NCBI GenBank assembly: GCA_035524955.1
Contig: DATLFG010000105.1
Span: 7,093-71,092 of the forward strand
Length of the DNA: 64,000 nt
Direction of reading: 5' to 3'
DNA from: Candidatus Limnocylindria bacterium
Lineage (GTDB): Bacteria; Methylomirabilota; Methylomirabilia; Rokubacteriales; CSP1-6
The notes below the pieces were generated by a model, which was not told the origin of the DNA, made no database searches, and was given only the letters and a program-made list of their open reading frames with translations. How positions within the stretch are numbered: position 1 is the stretch's first letter; each line of letters opens with the position of its first letter. The position numbers and the translations under genes were made by a program. Positions 19,763 through 30,044 of the stretch are shown here, piece after piece.

Positions 19763-20734
19763 CTAGCGCAGCTCCGGGATCACCCAGAGCGGCCGCTCGC
19801 CGCGGGCCACGCGCTGCACGTTGTCGAAGGCGTTCCGGAAGGCCTTGAACCAGTTGTCCCAGGTGGGGCCCGCCATGTGGGGCGTGAAGGTCACGTTCTC
19901 GAGCCCGAAGAGCGGATGGTTGGCGATGGGCGGTTCCTCGACCATGACGTCGAGGCCGGCGGCCGCGATGCGCCCGCTGGTGAGGGCCGTGTGCAGCGCG
20001 GCCTCGTCCACCACCGGACCCCGGCACGTGTTGATCAGGACCCCGGAGGGCTGCATCATCCCGAGCTCGCGCGTGCTGATCATGTTGCGGGTCGCGTCGT
20101 TGAGCGGCACGTGCAGCGAGACGATGTCGGAGGTGCGCAGGAGCTCTGGCAGCAGCACGAAGCGGACGCCGAGGGCGTCCTCCGCGTCCTCGGCCAGACG
20201 CGCGATGTCGTAGTAGAGGATGCGCATGCCGAAGGCGGCGGCCCGCCGCGCGACCTTCTTGCCGATGGTGCCGAGCCCCACGATGCCCAGGGTCTTGCCT
20301 TCGAGCTCGTAGAGCCGGTGTGAGGCGAAATCCCCCACCCGCCACTTGCCGGTCACCACGTTGGCGTGGTGCCAGGACAGCTTGCGGTAGACCGCCAGCA
20401 TCAGCATCAGGGTGTGCTCGGCCACCGCCACCGAGTTGGACCCGCCGTTGTTGGCGACGGGTACGCCGGCGCGCTTCGCCGCGGCGACGTCGAGCCGGTC
20501 GTAGCCGGCGCTGATGAGCTGCACCAGCTTGAGCCCCGGCGCGGCCTTGAAGAACTCGCCGTTGAGCTCGGCGCGCGGGAAGCCCACGTAGTAGGAGGCG
20601 TCCGGCAGCGCCGCGGTGAACTCGGGCGTGCCCGCGTCCACGACGACCATCTCGAAGCCGGCAGGCACGAGGCCCCGGGCGACGTCGAGCAGCGCGGCGG
20701 GGAGCTTGGGGGAAACGAGGATCTTGGTGGCCAC
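19763..20734 (-). CDS. D-isomer-specific 2-hydroxyacid dehydrogenase family (NAD-binding)
   Basis: NAD Rossmann GKTLGIVGLGTIGKKVARR and the catalytic-domain motifs are present, along with the C-terminal VTFTPHMAGPT. The GTG start is preferred because an AAGGAGG RBS lies 6 nt upstream; the ORF-track M lies 150 nt further up. Confidence 0.8.
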   Translation of the reverse strand: MATKILVSPKLPAALLDVARGLVPAGFEMVVVDAGTPEFTAALPDASYYVGFPRAELNGEFFKAAPGLKLVQLISAGYDRLDVAAAKRAGVPVANNGGSNSVAVAEHTLMLMLAVYRKLSWHHANVVTGKWRVGDFASHRLYELEGKTLGIVGLGTIGKKVARRAAAFGMRILYYDIARLAEDAEDALGVRFVLLPELLRTSDIVSLHVPLNDATRNMISTRELGMMQPSGVLINTCRGPVVDEAALHTALTSGRIAAAGLDVMVEEPPIANHPLFGLENVTFTPHMAGPTWDNWFKAFRNAFDNVQRVARGERPLWVIPELR

Positions 20735-20999
20735 GGGAGCCTCCTTTGGCTGGGGGGTGAGCGGAGCGGTCACGCGCGCCAGTATACGGCCTCGGCGCCC
20801 GCCGCGGTTGAGCGCGGACCGCCGGCACCTCTTGCGCGGGATCGGGTGCCTCCAGGCTGGGTACTCCCCTTCCCAGCCTCGCACCGCGCTTTCTCTGCCG
20901 TCTGAGCAGATCTAAGACAAGATGCTGGAATCATGTCTGATTTTTAATGGTCCGACGCTTGCTCTCGCTGGAGAGACCAACCACAGGGGGACGATCCCG

Positions 21000-21242
21000 A
21001 TGAAGCGCTACGTGCTGACCCTGGCCTGGATCCTCTGGGCCCACGAGACCGCGCAGGTGGGCAACCAGGTCATCGACCGCGGCTACACCGCGATCGATTC
21101 GTTCGAGACGCGCCAGCTCTGCCACGCGGCCATGACGGACTACTCGGGGCTCAAGCTGGTCCGGCAGGGCAAGGTCCGCGTGGAGTTCACGTGCCTGCCC
21201 GAGAAGACCAGCCCGAAGGCGCCGCGGACGGCCGTCGGCTAG
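21000..21242 (+). CDS. hypothetical small secreted protein (80 aa)
   Basis: The ATG follows an AGGGGGA RBS. It has a signal-like N-terminus (MKRYVLTLAWILWAHETAQ) and two Cys residues. Confidence 0.45.
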   Translation: MKRYVLTLAWILWAHETAQVGNQVIDRGYTAIDSFETRQLCHAAMTDYSGLKLVRQGKVRVEFTCLPEKTSPKAPRTAVG

Positions 21243-21275
21243 CGCCGGGCGGCCGGGCGCCACTGGCGTCAGGGT

Positions 21276-22508
21276 TCAGGCCCCGTTGCGGGGCGCCGGC
21301 GGGGCCGACTGGTTGATGCCCACCGGGGCATTGGCCTCGAACGGGCTCCAGAGCCCGAGCTCCTTGCCCATCTCGCGCACCGCCGGGAGCACCTCCTGCC
21401 CCAGCAACCGGATGCAGGTGGTGGCGTCCTGGTTGCTCACGAAGCCGTCGCTCGCCCAGAAGCCCAGGATGGACGGGCGCGTCTCCTCGAGCAGGCGGCG
21501 GAGCTTGGGGAGGACCGTCTTCGGCGTGCCCGCGATGATCTGCTGATCGCGGATCTGGTCCTCGAAGGCCGCGGCCCGCGGGTTCGCGGCGCGGCCGACC
21601 GCGAACTCGACGAAGGCCTTGCGGTAGGACGGCGAGAAGTACCCCGAGGGGCTCGACCACACCGGGTGCGCCAGGCCGGTGAACTCGCCCTGCATCCACA
21701 TGAACTGCCGTGCGTTGGCGAGCGCCTTCTCCTCGGTCTCGGCCACGTGGCAGCGCTGGAGATACCCGCGGTTCTCCGGCCCGCCGGTGTAGCCGGCCTC
21801 CGCGGCGACCGAATCGTAGAGCTCCCAGATCTTCTTGGTGGCGTCGATCGCGGTGCTGAGCGCGATGTAGGGATAGCGCTGGCGCGCGGCCCAGACGATC
21901 GTCTCCTTGCTGAGCACCCCCGGGATCCAGATGCGCGGGTGGGGCTTCTGCAGCGGCATCGCCCAGGGGTTCACCACGCGGTGCTGGTAGTGGGTGCCCT
22001 CGAAGCGGAACGGCCCCTCCTGCGTCCACGCGCGCACGATCAGCTCGTGGGCCTCCTCGAAGCGCTCGCGGTTGAAGGCGGGGTTCACCCCGGTGGCGAG
22101 CTGCTCCTGCCCGCCCCCGCGCACGAAGCCGGAGACGAGCCGCCCGCGCGAGACCATGTCGATCATGGCCAGCTCTTCCGCGAGGCGCACCGGGTTGTCG
22201 GCGAGCGGCAGCGGATTGCCGAGCAGCACGATCTTCACGCGCCGGGTCACCGCGGCGAGGATCGAGGCGAAGACGTTGCACTTGGCCTGCATACAGAAGG
22301 GCGCGTTGTGGTGCTCGTTCAACATGATGCCGTCGAAGCCCACGTCCTCGGCCAGGCGGTAGTGCTCGAGGTACTCGTTGTAGAGGCGGCTGCCCGCCAC
22401 CGGATCGAAGTGGCGGTTCGAGAACATCAGCGCGGTGGCGCCCCGCTTGCGCCCTTCTTCCTCCGGGTACGCCGACATCGGCTGCTCCGTGAAGTACATG
22501 AGGTGCAT
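21276..22508 (-). CDS. LLM-class (luciferase-like) flavin/F420-dependent oxidoreductase
   Basis: A 410-aa TIM-barrel LLM family protein with GFDGIMLNEHHNAPF, RVKIVLLGNPLPLADNPVRLAEELAMIDMVSRGRL and IAGTPKTVLPKL. Confidence 0.85.
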   Translation of the reverse strand: MHLMYFTEQPMSAYPEEEGRKRGATALMFSNRHFDPVAGSRLYNEYLEHYRLAEDVGFDGIMLNEHHNAPFCMQAKCNVFASILAAVTRRVKIVLLGNPLPLADNPVRLAEELAMIDMVSRGRLVSGFVRGGGQEQLATGVNPAFNRERFEEAHELIVRAWTQEGPFRFEGTHYQHRVVNPWAMPLQKPHPRIWIPGVLSKETIVWAARQRYPYIALSTAIDATKKIWELYDSVAAEAGYTGGPENRGYLQRCHVAETEEKALANARQFMWMQGEFTGLAHPVWSSPSGYFSPSYRKAFVEFAVGRAANPRAAAFEDQIRDQQIIAGTPKTVLPKLRRLLEETRPSILGFWASDGFVSNQDATTCIRLLGQEVLPAVREMGKELGLWSPFEANAPVGINQSAPPAPRNGA

Positions 22509-22521
22509 GGGGGTCTCCCGC

Positions 22522-23319
22522 TCAGGCCTGGGCGGCGAACGGCACGATGAGCTTCGCGAGCGCGTCGGGCCGCTCCATCTCGAGGAAGTGCCCGGCGCCG
22601 TCCACGACGCTGAGCCGGCTCCCGGGCAGCGCGCGGGCGTACTGGTCCCCGACCCCGGCCGGCACGATCCGGTCCTGCCGCCCCCACACGATCAGGGTCT
22701 CCGTCCGCACCCCGCCCAGCAGCGGCGGCAGCGTCGGGTTGTACATGTAGGGCTTCCACGCGATCCGGAACGTCATCTCGCGGTTGAGATCCCACCGCTC
22801 GAGCGTGGCGGTGGGCGGATCGGGCGTGAAGAGCCGATCGAAGGCCCCCTGATCCTCGAAGCCGGCCCGCACGTAGTCGATGTAGCTGACGAGGGCCTGG
22901 TCGAGGATTTCGCCGTCGGCGGGCTTGATGCCCATCGCCCCGACGAGCACCAGCTTCCGGAAGGCGCGCGGCGACATGGTCGCCATCTCGGCCGCGATCC
23001 AGCCGCCGAAGCCCAGGCCGACCAAGGCCACGTCGGCGAGGCTCCGCTGGGCGAGCAGGGCCTGGTAGGTCACCGCGACGTCGCGGACACTCCGCATGAA
23101 GGCGGGACGCTCGGAGCCGTCGTAGCCCGGATGCGAGGGCAGCAGCAGCGTGAAGCGGTCGGCGAGTGCCTCGTAGACCGGCAGCTGCTCGAGCGTGCCG
23201 ATGTCGTGATGCAGCACGAGCAGCGGGGCGCCGCGGCCGGTAGTACGTAGTCTTACGGAGGAGCCGGCGACCCGGACCTCCTCGGTGGTCCACGCGAGCG
23301 CGGAGGAGGTCGAGGTCAT
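22522..23319 (-). CDS. alpha/beta hydrolase fold protein
   Basis: Has an HG-type oxyanion region (LLVLHHDIGT) and a nucleophile elbow G-x-S/G-x-G context (VGLGFGGWIA), ending ...GHFLEMERPD. The start at M53 of the ORF-track frame was chosen. Confidence 0.75.
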   Translation of the reverse strand: MTSTSSALAWTTEEVRVAGSSVRLRTTGRGAPLLVLHHDIGTLEQLPVYEALADRFTLLLPSHPGYDGSERPAFMRSVRDVAVTYQALLAQRSLADVALVGLGFGGWIAAEMATMSPRAFRKLVLVGAMGIKPADGEILDQALVSYIDYVRAGFEDQGAFDRLFTPDPPTATLERWDLNREMTFRIAWKPYMYNPTLPPLLGGVRTETLIVWGRQDRIVPAGVGDQYARALPGSRLSVVDGAGHFLEMERPDALAKLIVPFAAQA

Positions 23320-23389
23320 GGAAGCGACGCTATCAAATCGATCTCCGCCCTGCAACCCGCGCCACCGGATCACGCGGGCCCGCGCGCGG

Positions 23390-24244
23390 TCAGCGGGGAT
23401 GAAACGCGGGCGGCGGGACCGCGTCGCGCAGCCAGCGCTGGCCGTCGTAGACCGTGAACGGGGGCCGCTCGCCACCGATGACGCTCACGTGGCTGACGAG
23501 CCCCTCCGCCGGGCCGAGCCAGAGGTGCAGCATGCAGGCCGGCGGCTCCATCACCACCGCCAGGCGTGGCTCGGAGGCCAGGTCGAGCGCGAGCTGATGC
23601 GCGGTCGCGGGACAGGTGGTGGCCACCGTGCCGCCGAACCGCCGCGTCATCGGGCGGTGCACGTGCCCGCTCAGCACCCCCTCGACCTGCGGATGGCGGC
23701 CGATCACCTCGGCCAGCTCTGCCTTGCCCTCGAGGCCCATGGCGTCCATCGCCCGCATGCCGGTCACGAACGGCGGGTGGTGCATGAAGACGACCGTGGG
23801 CCGCTCCCTCCCCTCACCGAGACGCGCGTCGAGCCAGGCGAGCCGCTCGGCGCACAGGCGGCCGCCGGCCGCGCCGGGGACGAGCGTGTCGAGCGCGACG
23901 AGCCGGACCGGCCAGTCCTCGACGGTGTAGTGCAGGAAGCCGCCGTCCTGCGGCAGGTAGCCGCGGTCGGCGAAGGCGCCGGCGAGGGATTCGCGCGCGT
24001 CGTGGTTGCCCGGGATCACGTAGAGCGGCATCGCGAGGCCGTCCAGGATCGCGCGCAGCCGCGCGTACTCCTCGGGCTCCCCGCGCTCGACGAGATCGCC
24101 GGTCGCCAGGACGACGTCCGGCCGCGGCCGGAGCCCGTTCAGATGGGTCACCGCGCGCTCCAGGTGCTCCGCGGTGCGGAAGTGCCGATCGTTGACGCTG
24201 CCCGGCGTGCTGATGTGGAGATCGGTGATCTGGGCGAGGAGCAT
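23390..24244 (-). CDS. calcineurin-like metallophosphoesterase (CpdA/Rv0805-type phosphodiesterase-like)
   Basis: Shows ITDLHIS..., GDLVERGEPEEY and VIPGNHDAR, with the GHVH motif GHVHRP, which together form the MPE signature. The internal ATG at 24244 was chosen. Confidence 0.8.
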   Translation of the reverse strand: MLLAQITDLHISTPGSVNDRHFRTAEHLERAVTHLNGLRPRPDVVLATGDLVERGEPEEYARLRAILDGLAMPLYVIPGNHDARESLAGAFADRGYLPQDGGFLHYTVEDWPVRLVALDTLVPGAAGGRLCAERLAWLDARLGEGRERPTVVFMHHPPFVTGMRAMDAMGLEGKAELAEVIGRHPQVEGVLSGHVHRPMTRRFGGTVATTCPATAHQLALDLASEPRLAVVMEPPACMLHLWLGPAEGLVSHVSVIGGERPPFTVYDGQRWLRDAVPPPAFHPR

Positions 24245-24492
24245 GACCTGATCATACCTTGACAGGTGGGCCTCCTCCGGACTACAAGTACCGCTATGAT
24301 CCGCCGGGCCAAGCGCGGCACCGACAAGACGCGGCTGGGGTCCCGGACTACGGGACGCCCAGGGGGGAAGGTGGCGCGCGCCCGGCAACAGACCTAAAGA
24401 CACTAGAAGACGTCCTCGCATCCATGAGGCCCGCGACCACCCCCCGGTGATCGCGGGCCTCAAGCATTTTGGGGGACCAAGGAGACCATGTC

Positions 24493-25575
24493 ATGCGGAA
24501 GCGTGTCGCCGTGGTGGGAGCGACCGGCATCGCCGGCCAGCAGTTTCTCCTCGCGCTCGCGCAGCACCCGTGGTTCGAGATCGTGATGCTGGCCGCCTCG
24601 GAACGGTCGGCGGGCAAGACCTACGGCGCCGCTCTTCGCGACGCCAAGACCGGAGCTCGGCGCTGGTGGTGTCTGGAGGACCCGCCTGCCCACCTGCTCG
24701 ATATGCCGGTCGAGCAGGCGGATGGGCTCGAGTTGGGAGGCGTAGATATCGTATTCGGCGCGGTCGAGTCAGACGCAGCACGGGAGCTGGAGGCACGGTA
24801 CGCGGAGACCACGCCGGTGCTGAGCACCGCTTCCGCCTTCCGTTACGAGGCGGACGTACCGATCCTGGTGCCCGGCGTCAATCCGGAGCACACCGCGCAG
24901 ATAGACCACCAGCGGCGGGTGCGCGGCTGGCGGGGCTTCATCGCGCCCCTGCCCAACTGCACGACGATGGGCCTGGTGATGACGCTGCGGCCGCTGCTCG
25001 ACCGCTTTGGCGTCCAGCGTGTGCTGATGACGTCCCTGCAGGGGGTCTCCGGCGCGGGACGCTCACCGGGAGTGATCGCGCTCGACATCCTGGACAACGT
25101 GATCCCCTACATCCCGGGCGAGGAGGAGAAGGTTGCGCGCGAGACGGGCAAGATCCTCGGCCGCCTGGATGGATCGCGCGGCATCGTCCCCGCGGCGTTC
25201 CCGGTGAGCGCCACGTGCACGCGCGTTCCTGTGAGCGAGGGACACACCGAGGCGGTGACGGTATCGCTCGGGGCGGCCGTGGCGCCCGCGGACGTGGCCG
25301 CCGCCTTCGATGAGTTCGGCCGCGAGCTCGCGCGGCTCGCGCTGCCGTCGGCGCCCCGGCGGCTGATCACCGTGCACGACGACCCGTTCCGGCCGCAGCC
25401 TCGGCTCGACCGCGACGCCGACGGCGGTATGACCACGAGCGTCGGCCGCATCCGCGACGACCCCGCGCTGGAGCACGGGGTCAAGTACGTGCTCGTCTCG
25501 CACAACACGCGGATGGGCGCCGCCAAGGGCGCAGTCCTGACTGCGGAGTATCTGGCGCTCACCGGCCATGTCTAG
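24493..25575 (+). CDS. asd: aspartate-semialdehyde dehydrogenase
   Basis: Rossmann N-terminus VAVVGATGIAGQQF; the active-site Cys lies in PNCTTMG; the C-terminal LVSHNTRMGAAKGAVL is present. An AAGGAGACC RBS sits before the ATG at 24493. Confidence 0.9.
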   Translation: MRKRVAVVGATGIAGQQFLLALAQHPWFEIVMLAASERSAGKTYGAALRDAKTGARRWWCLEDPPAHLLDMPVEQADGLELGGVDIVFGAVESDAARELEARYAETTPVLSTASAFRYEADVPILVPGVNPEHTAQIDHQRRVRGWRGFIAPLPNCTTMGLVMTLRPLLDRFGVQRVLMTSLQGVSGAGRSPGVIALDILDNVIPYIPGEEEKVARETGKILGRLDGSRGIVPAAFPVSATCTRVPVSEGHTEAVTVSLGAAVAPADVAAAFDEFGRELARLALPSAPRRLITVHDDPFRPQPRLDRDADGGMTTSVGRIRDDPALEHGVKYVLVSHNTRMGAAKGAVLTAEYLALTGHV

Positions 25576-25658
25576 TTCTTGACTCGCTCCGGCCTTTCTC
25601 CCATAGTTTGACGCGACGGGACCGATTCCATCGACGCGCATCCACCGGGAGGACACCC

Positions 25659-26642
25659 ATGGCGGGGACGAACGCGCTGACGTACCAGGTGGTCGAGGGC
25701 TGGGAGCAGCTCCCCCAGGGCTACGAGCACCGCGACGTCGCCGGCGTGGCGGTGGACGCCGAGGACCGGGTCTTCCTCATCTGCCGGGGCGATCACCCGA
25801 TCATGGTCTACGATCACAACGGGAAGTTCCTCTCCTCGTGGGGCGACGGCCAGTTCACGTATCGCACCCACGGCATCACCATCGGCCCCGACGGCGGCGT
25901 GTACTGCACCGACGACGGCAACCACACCGTGCGGAAGTTCACCCCGCAGGGCAAGCTGCTGCTCACGCTCGGCACGATGAACACCCCGTCGGAGACCGGC
26001 TACGACGGCAAGGACACCATGACGGTGTCGCGCCCCGGCGGTGCCTTCAATCGGCCGACCAACCTGGCGGTGGGACCCAAGGGCGATCTCTACGTCTCCG
26101 ACGGGTATGGCAACTGCCGCGTGCACCAGTTCTCGCCAGGCGGCGAGCTCCGGCGCTCGTGGGGGGTGCCCGGCAAGGGCCCCGGCCAGTTCTACCTGCC
26201 CCACGGCATCGCGGCCGCCGCGGACGGGCGCATCTTCGTCTGCGATCGGGAGAACGATCGCATCCAGATCTTCAGCCCCGACGGCGAGTACCTCGCGGAG
26301 TGGACCGACACCCAGCGCCCGACGCATCTCGTGTTCGATCCGGAGGGCCGCGCTTACGTCTCCGAGCTCTGGTGGCACAAGGGCCAGACCTCGCAGCGCC
26401 ATGGCCCGATCACCGAGCCGCGCTACGGGCGCGTGAGCGTGTTCGACCGCGACGGCCGCCTGCTCACCCGCTGGGGCACCCCCGATCAGGCCGCGGCCGG
26501 CAGCTTCGCGGCGCCTCACGGCATCGCGGTGGACTCGAGCCGGAACATCTTCGTGGCGGAGGTCACCTGGACCTTCGCGGTGAGCCGCAATCTGGTCGAG
26601 AGCGGCTGCCACACCTTCCAGAAGTTCGCGCTCACGGCTTGA
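25659..26642 (+). CDS. NHL-repeat six-bladed beta-propeller protein
   Basis: Repeated NHL-type blades (GIAAAADGRIFVCDRENDRIQIFSPDG; PHGIAVDSSRNIFVAEV; NLAVGPKGDLYVSDG). A GGGAGGA RBS is present. Confidence 0.75.
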   Translation: MAGTNALTYQVVEGWEQLPQGYEHRDVAGVAVDAEDRVFLICRGDHPIMVYDHNGKFLSSWGDGQFTYRTHGITIGPDGGVYCTDDGNHTVRKFTPQGKLLLTLGTMNTPSETGYDGKDTMTVSRPGGAFNRPTNLAVGPKGDLYVSDGYGNCRVHQFSPGGELRRSWGVPGKGPGQFYLPHGIAAAADGRIFVCDRENDRIQIFSPDGEYLAEWTDTQRPTHLVFDPEGRAYVSELWWHKGQTSQRHGPITEPRYGRVSVFDRDGRLLTRWGTPDQAAAGSFAAPHGIAVDSSRNIFVAEVTWTFAVSRNLVESGCHTFQKFALTA

Positions 26643-26656
26643 GGAGGCCGCGACCG

Positions 26657-28240
26657 ATGGATCATCCGAGATCGAAGAGCGGCAGCAGCGCCAACGGTCG
26701 CAGCGCGCCGATCGGCCGGCGGCGCCTGCTCAAGATCGGGGGCGCCGCGCTGACCCTCGCGGCCGCCGGACTGCCGCGCCGGGCGGCGGCTCAGAAGTCG
26801 GGTGGCACGGTGACGTTCGCGAGCACGGCGCTGCCCCCCAGCCTCGAGCCGCACATGCAGGGGCTCGACATCTGGCAGCGGCGCAAGCCGCTGCTCTACG
26901 AGAACCTGGTCTGGATCGATCACGCGCTCGAGCCCAAGCCGGGGCTCGCGGAGCGCTGGGAGCAGAAGTCGCCCACCGAGTATGTGTTCTACCTGCGCCG
27001 GGGCGTGCGGTTCCACAGCGGCAAGGAGATGGACGCCGAGGACGTCAAGTACACCTACGAGCGCGTCCGCGATCCCAAGGTGAGCCCGGGTGCCAGCGAC
27101 CTGGCCTACGTGAGCCGGATCGAGGCGGTGGACAAGTACACGGTGCGCTTCGTCCTCTCCGCGCCCGTCGCCACGTTCCTGGTGAACCTGGGCGGCAAGT
27201 ACAACGGCGTCATTCCCAAGGACGCCGGCGGCGACGGCAAGGTCCTGCTGACCACCGCGGTCGGCACCGGGCCCTTCGCGCTGGACAGCTTCGACCCGAG
27301 CCGCCGGCTCGCGCTCAAGCGGCACGCGCAGTACTGGGGGGCCCAGAAGCCCCTGCTCGATGCCATCGTGTTCCAGGCCATCCCGGACGAGTCCTCGATC
27401 GTGGCGGGGCTGCGGACCGGCCAGATCACGCTGGCCGAGTTCTCCTCGGCGCTGTCCTTCCAGGTGGCCAGGAGCGTGCCGACCCTGGAGGCGATCCAGG
27501 CCCCGTCCACCCGCTGGGTGGTGCTCGATCTGGCGGGTGATCAGGAGCCCACCAGCAAGCTCGAGGTGCGCCAGGCCATCGCGCTCGCCATCGATCGGGC
27601 GGCCATTCTCCAGATCGCGGGCTCGGGGCTGGGCCAGCGCCTGGGCGTACTGCCGCCGGGCCTCAAGGGCTGGGCGCTGCCCTGGCAGGAGCTGCCGAAC
27701 CAGCAGCGCGACGTGGCGAAGGCCCGGCAGCTGCTGCAGAAGGCGGGCTACACCGGGCGCGTGTCGATGAAGATCCGCAACATCGTCGGCTTCCCCGCCC
27801 TCGCCGCCGCGCTGCCCGTCATCGTGGACAATCTCAAGGAAGCGGGCATCGACGTGACGGTGGAGACGGTGGACGGCGGCGTGTGGATCAAGGACTGGAT
27901 CGTGCCGCAGTCGCCGCCCACCATGAACGACTGGGGCGGCTACGTGGATCCCGACCAGGCCTTCCACCGCCACTTCCACTCCGCGCCGGGGGGCCGGGAC
28001 TTCCGGCGCTGGAAGAACAAGGCCGCCGACGAGCTGATGGACAGCGGCCGCGTCACGCTGGACCGCGCCCGGCGCAAGCTGCTCTACGACCAGTTGCAGC
28101 GCATGCTGGCCGAGGATCCCATCACGATCCCGCTCTATTCGCCGGATCTCCTCTACGTCCGGCAGAAGAGCCTCAAGGGGTTCCAGCCGCACTCGACCGG
28201 CTTCTACTACGGTCTGCGCTTCGCCTCCCTCGAGAGCTGA
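26657..28240 (+). CDS. ABC transporter substrate-binding protein, family 5 (peptide/nickel/opine type), Tat-signal
   Basis: A twin-arginine signal RRRLLKIGGAALTLAAAG is followed by SBP_bac_5 motifs (LVWIDHALEPKPGLAERWE; YTFYLRRGVRFHSGKEMDAEDV). A GAGGAGG RBS is present. Confidence 0.85.
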   Translation: MDHPRSKSGSSANGRSAPIGRRRLLKIGGAALTLAAAGLPRRAAAQKSGGTVTFASTALPPSLEPHMQGLDIWQRRKPLLYENLVWIDHALEPKPGLAERWEQKSPTEYVFYLRRGVRFHSGKEMDAEDVKYTYERVRDPKVSPGASDLAYVSRIEAVDKYTVRFVLSAPVATFLVNLGGKYNGVIPKDAGGDGKVLLTTAVGTGPFALDSFDPSRRLALKRHAQYWGAQKPLLDAIVFQAIPDESSIVAGLRTGQITLAEFSSALSFQVARSVPTLEAIQAPSTRWVVLDLAGDQEPTSKLEVRQAIALAIDRAAILQIAGSGLGQRLGVLPPGLKGWALPWQELPNQQRDVAKARQLLQKAGYTGRVSMKIRNIVGFPALAAALPVIVDNLKEAGIDVTVETVDGGVWIKDWIVPQSPPTMNDWGGYVDPDQAFHRHFHSAPGGRDFRRWKNKAADELMDSGRVTLDRARRKLLYDQLQRMLAEDPITIPLYSPDLLYVRQKSLKGFQPHSTGFYYGLRFASLES

Positions 28241-28262
28241 GGAGCGCGTGTAGCGCGGGCGC

Positions 28263-29213
28263 GTGCGCGCCTACCTCCTGCAGCGCCTCGCGGCGATGGG
28301 ACTCACCCTGTTCGGGGTGAGCCTGCTCGTCTTCGCCATGGTGCGGCTGATCCCGGGCACGGTGGTCGAGCAGCTCCTGGGGCAGGCCGCGATGGCCTCC
28401 CCCGAGGTAGTGGGGTCGTTCCGCCGCTTCTTCGGCCTCGACCAGCCCTGGCACGTCCAGTACGGCGCCTGGCTGGCCGGCCTGCTCCGCGGCGATCTCG
28501 GTGTCTCGTGGCTCTCCGGGCGTCCGGTACTGGCGCTCTTCCTCGAGCGGCTGCCCGTCTCGGCCGAGCTGGCCGTGCTCTCGGTGGGCTGGTCGCTGCT
28601 CATCGGCATTCCGCTCGGCACCGCCTCGGCGGTCTGGCGTGGCGGGCTCCGCGACGGCCTCATACGCGTGGGTGCGACCGTGGGCCTCTCCATGCCCGCC
28701 TTCTGGCAGGGCGCGTTGCTCATCCTCCTCTTCTCGTTCTATCTGGGCTGGATGCCCGCGCTCACGTGGGTGTCCTTCAGCGAGAGCCCGTTGGCCAACC
28801 TCGCGATCATGGCCCTGCCCGCGTTCACCCTTGGCACCGCCACTGCGGCCATGATCACCCGCATGGCGCGCTCGTCCATGCTGGACGTGCTGGGCCGCGA
28901 GTATGTGCGCACCGCGCGGGCCAAGGGAGTGGCGGAGCGCCGCGTGACCTTCCACCACGCCCTCCGGAACGCCCTGATCCCGGTGGTCACGGTGGCCGGC
29001 GTGCAGCTCGGCTACATCGTCGGCGGCATCGTGGTGGTGGAGGACGTCTTCACCTTGCCGGGCGTCGGCCGCCTGCTGCTCGACGCCATCTTCCAGCGCG
29101 ACTATCCGGTGGTCCAGGGCGTGATCCTGCTCCTGGCCGCCGCGTTCATGGCGCTGAACCTCCTCGTGGATCTGCTGTACACGCTGATCGATCCGAGGCT
29201 GCGCCGTGGCTGA
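28263..29213 (+). CDS. ABC transporter permease (DppB/OppB-like)
   Basis: Six TM helices; the EAA-like motif lies in the YVRTARAKGVAERRVTFHHALRNALIPV region. Confidence 0.85.
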   Translation: MRAYLLQRLAAMGLTLFGVSLLVFAMVRLIPGTVVEQLLGQAAMASPEVVGSFRRFFGLDQPWHVQYGAWLAGLLRGDLGVSWLSGRPVLALFLERLPVSAELAVLSVGWSLLIGIPLGTASAVWRGGLRDGLIRVGATVGLSMPAFWQGALLILLFSFYLGWMPALTWVSFSESPLANLAIMALPAFTLGTATAAMITRMARSSMLDVLGREYVRTARAKGVAERRVTFHHALRNALIPVVTVAGVQLGYIVGGIVVVEDVFTLPGVGRLLLDAIFQRDYPVVQGVILLLAAAFMALNLLVDLLYTLIDPRLRRG

Positions 29214-30042
29214 GGGCCGGACCGCGCGATGGCTGGTCCGCCGGCCGCTCCTGGCCGCCGCCGGCCTCACGCTCGCGGGGCTGGTGCTGGCGGGCGTGCT
29301 GGCTCCGCTGGTGGCGCCCTACTCCCCCACCAGGGTGGACGCCGGCCACGTGTTCAGCCGGCCGGGCGGCGGACACCTCTTCGGCACCGATCGCTTCGGG
29401 CGTGACCTGCTCTCGCGCGTGGTGTTCGGGATCCGGGTCTCGCTGGGCATCGCGGGCGCGGCCATCGCGATCGCGCTGCTGGCCGGTGGGACGCTCGGCC
29501 TGCTGGCCGGGCTCGGCCGTGCCGCGGACCAGGCCCTGGGCCGGCTGATGGACGTCTTCTTCGCGTTCCCGCCGATCCTGCTGGCCATCGGCATCGCGGC
29601 GGTGCTGGGCGCCGGGCCCGGGACCGCGGTGGTCGCCATCGCAGTCGTCTACGCGCCGCTGTTCTTCCGGGTCGTCCGCGGGAGCGTGCTGGCCGAGTCG
29701 GCCCAGGCCTACGTGGAAGCCGCGGAGGCGCTGGGCCGAGGGCGCCTCGGCATCCTGTTCCGCCACGTTTTGCCGAACATCATCTCGCCCATCGTGATCC
29801 AGACCGCGGTGTGCCTGTCCTACGGCATCCTGATCGAGTCGGCGTTATCGTACCTGGGGGTGGGCGTGCAGCCGCCCACCCCCTCCTGGGGCGCGATCCT
29901 GAACGAGGGCAAGGAATTCCTGATGCTGGCGCCGTGGGTGTCGCTGTTCCCCGGCGCGGCCATCATGCTGGCGGTGCTGTCGTTGAACGTGCTGGGCGAC
30001 GGATTGCGCGACGCCCTCGATCCCCGGGCCGAGATGAGGTGA
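29206..30042 (+). CDS. ABC transporter permease (DppC/OppC-like)
   Basis: Overlaps the previous permease by 8 nt. A BPD_transp_1 core is present (EAAEALGRGRLGILFRHVLPNIISPIVIQ). Confidence 0.85.
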   Translation: MAEGRTARWLVRRPLLAAAGLTLAGLVLAGVLAPLVAPYSPTRVDAGHVFSRPGGGHLFGTDRFGRDLLSRVVFGIRVSLGIAGAAIAIALLAGGTLGLLAGLGRAADQALGRLMDVFFAFPPILLAIGIAAVLGAGPGTAVVAIAVVYAPLFFRVVRGSVLAESAQAYVEAAEALGRGRLGILFRHVLPNIISPIVIQTAVCLSYGILIESALSYLGVGVQPPTPSWGAILNEGKEFLMLAPWVSLFPGAAIMLAVLSLNVLGDGLRDALDPRAEMR

Positions 30043-30044
30043 GC

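Noticed and set aside
19250-20323. 357-aa + strand ORF
   Set aside because: It is antisense to the ATPase and 2-hydroxyacid dehydrogenase genes and is proline/arginine low-complexity.
25838-28240. 800-aa + ORF fusing the NHL and SBP regions, and the 558-aa antisense ORF at 26516..28192
   Set aside because: The first is read-through of an open frame. The real SBP gene starts at the RBS-preceded ATG at 26657 with a Tat signal.
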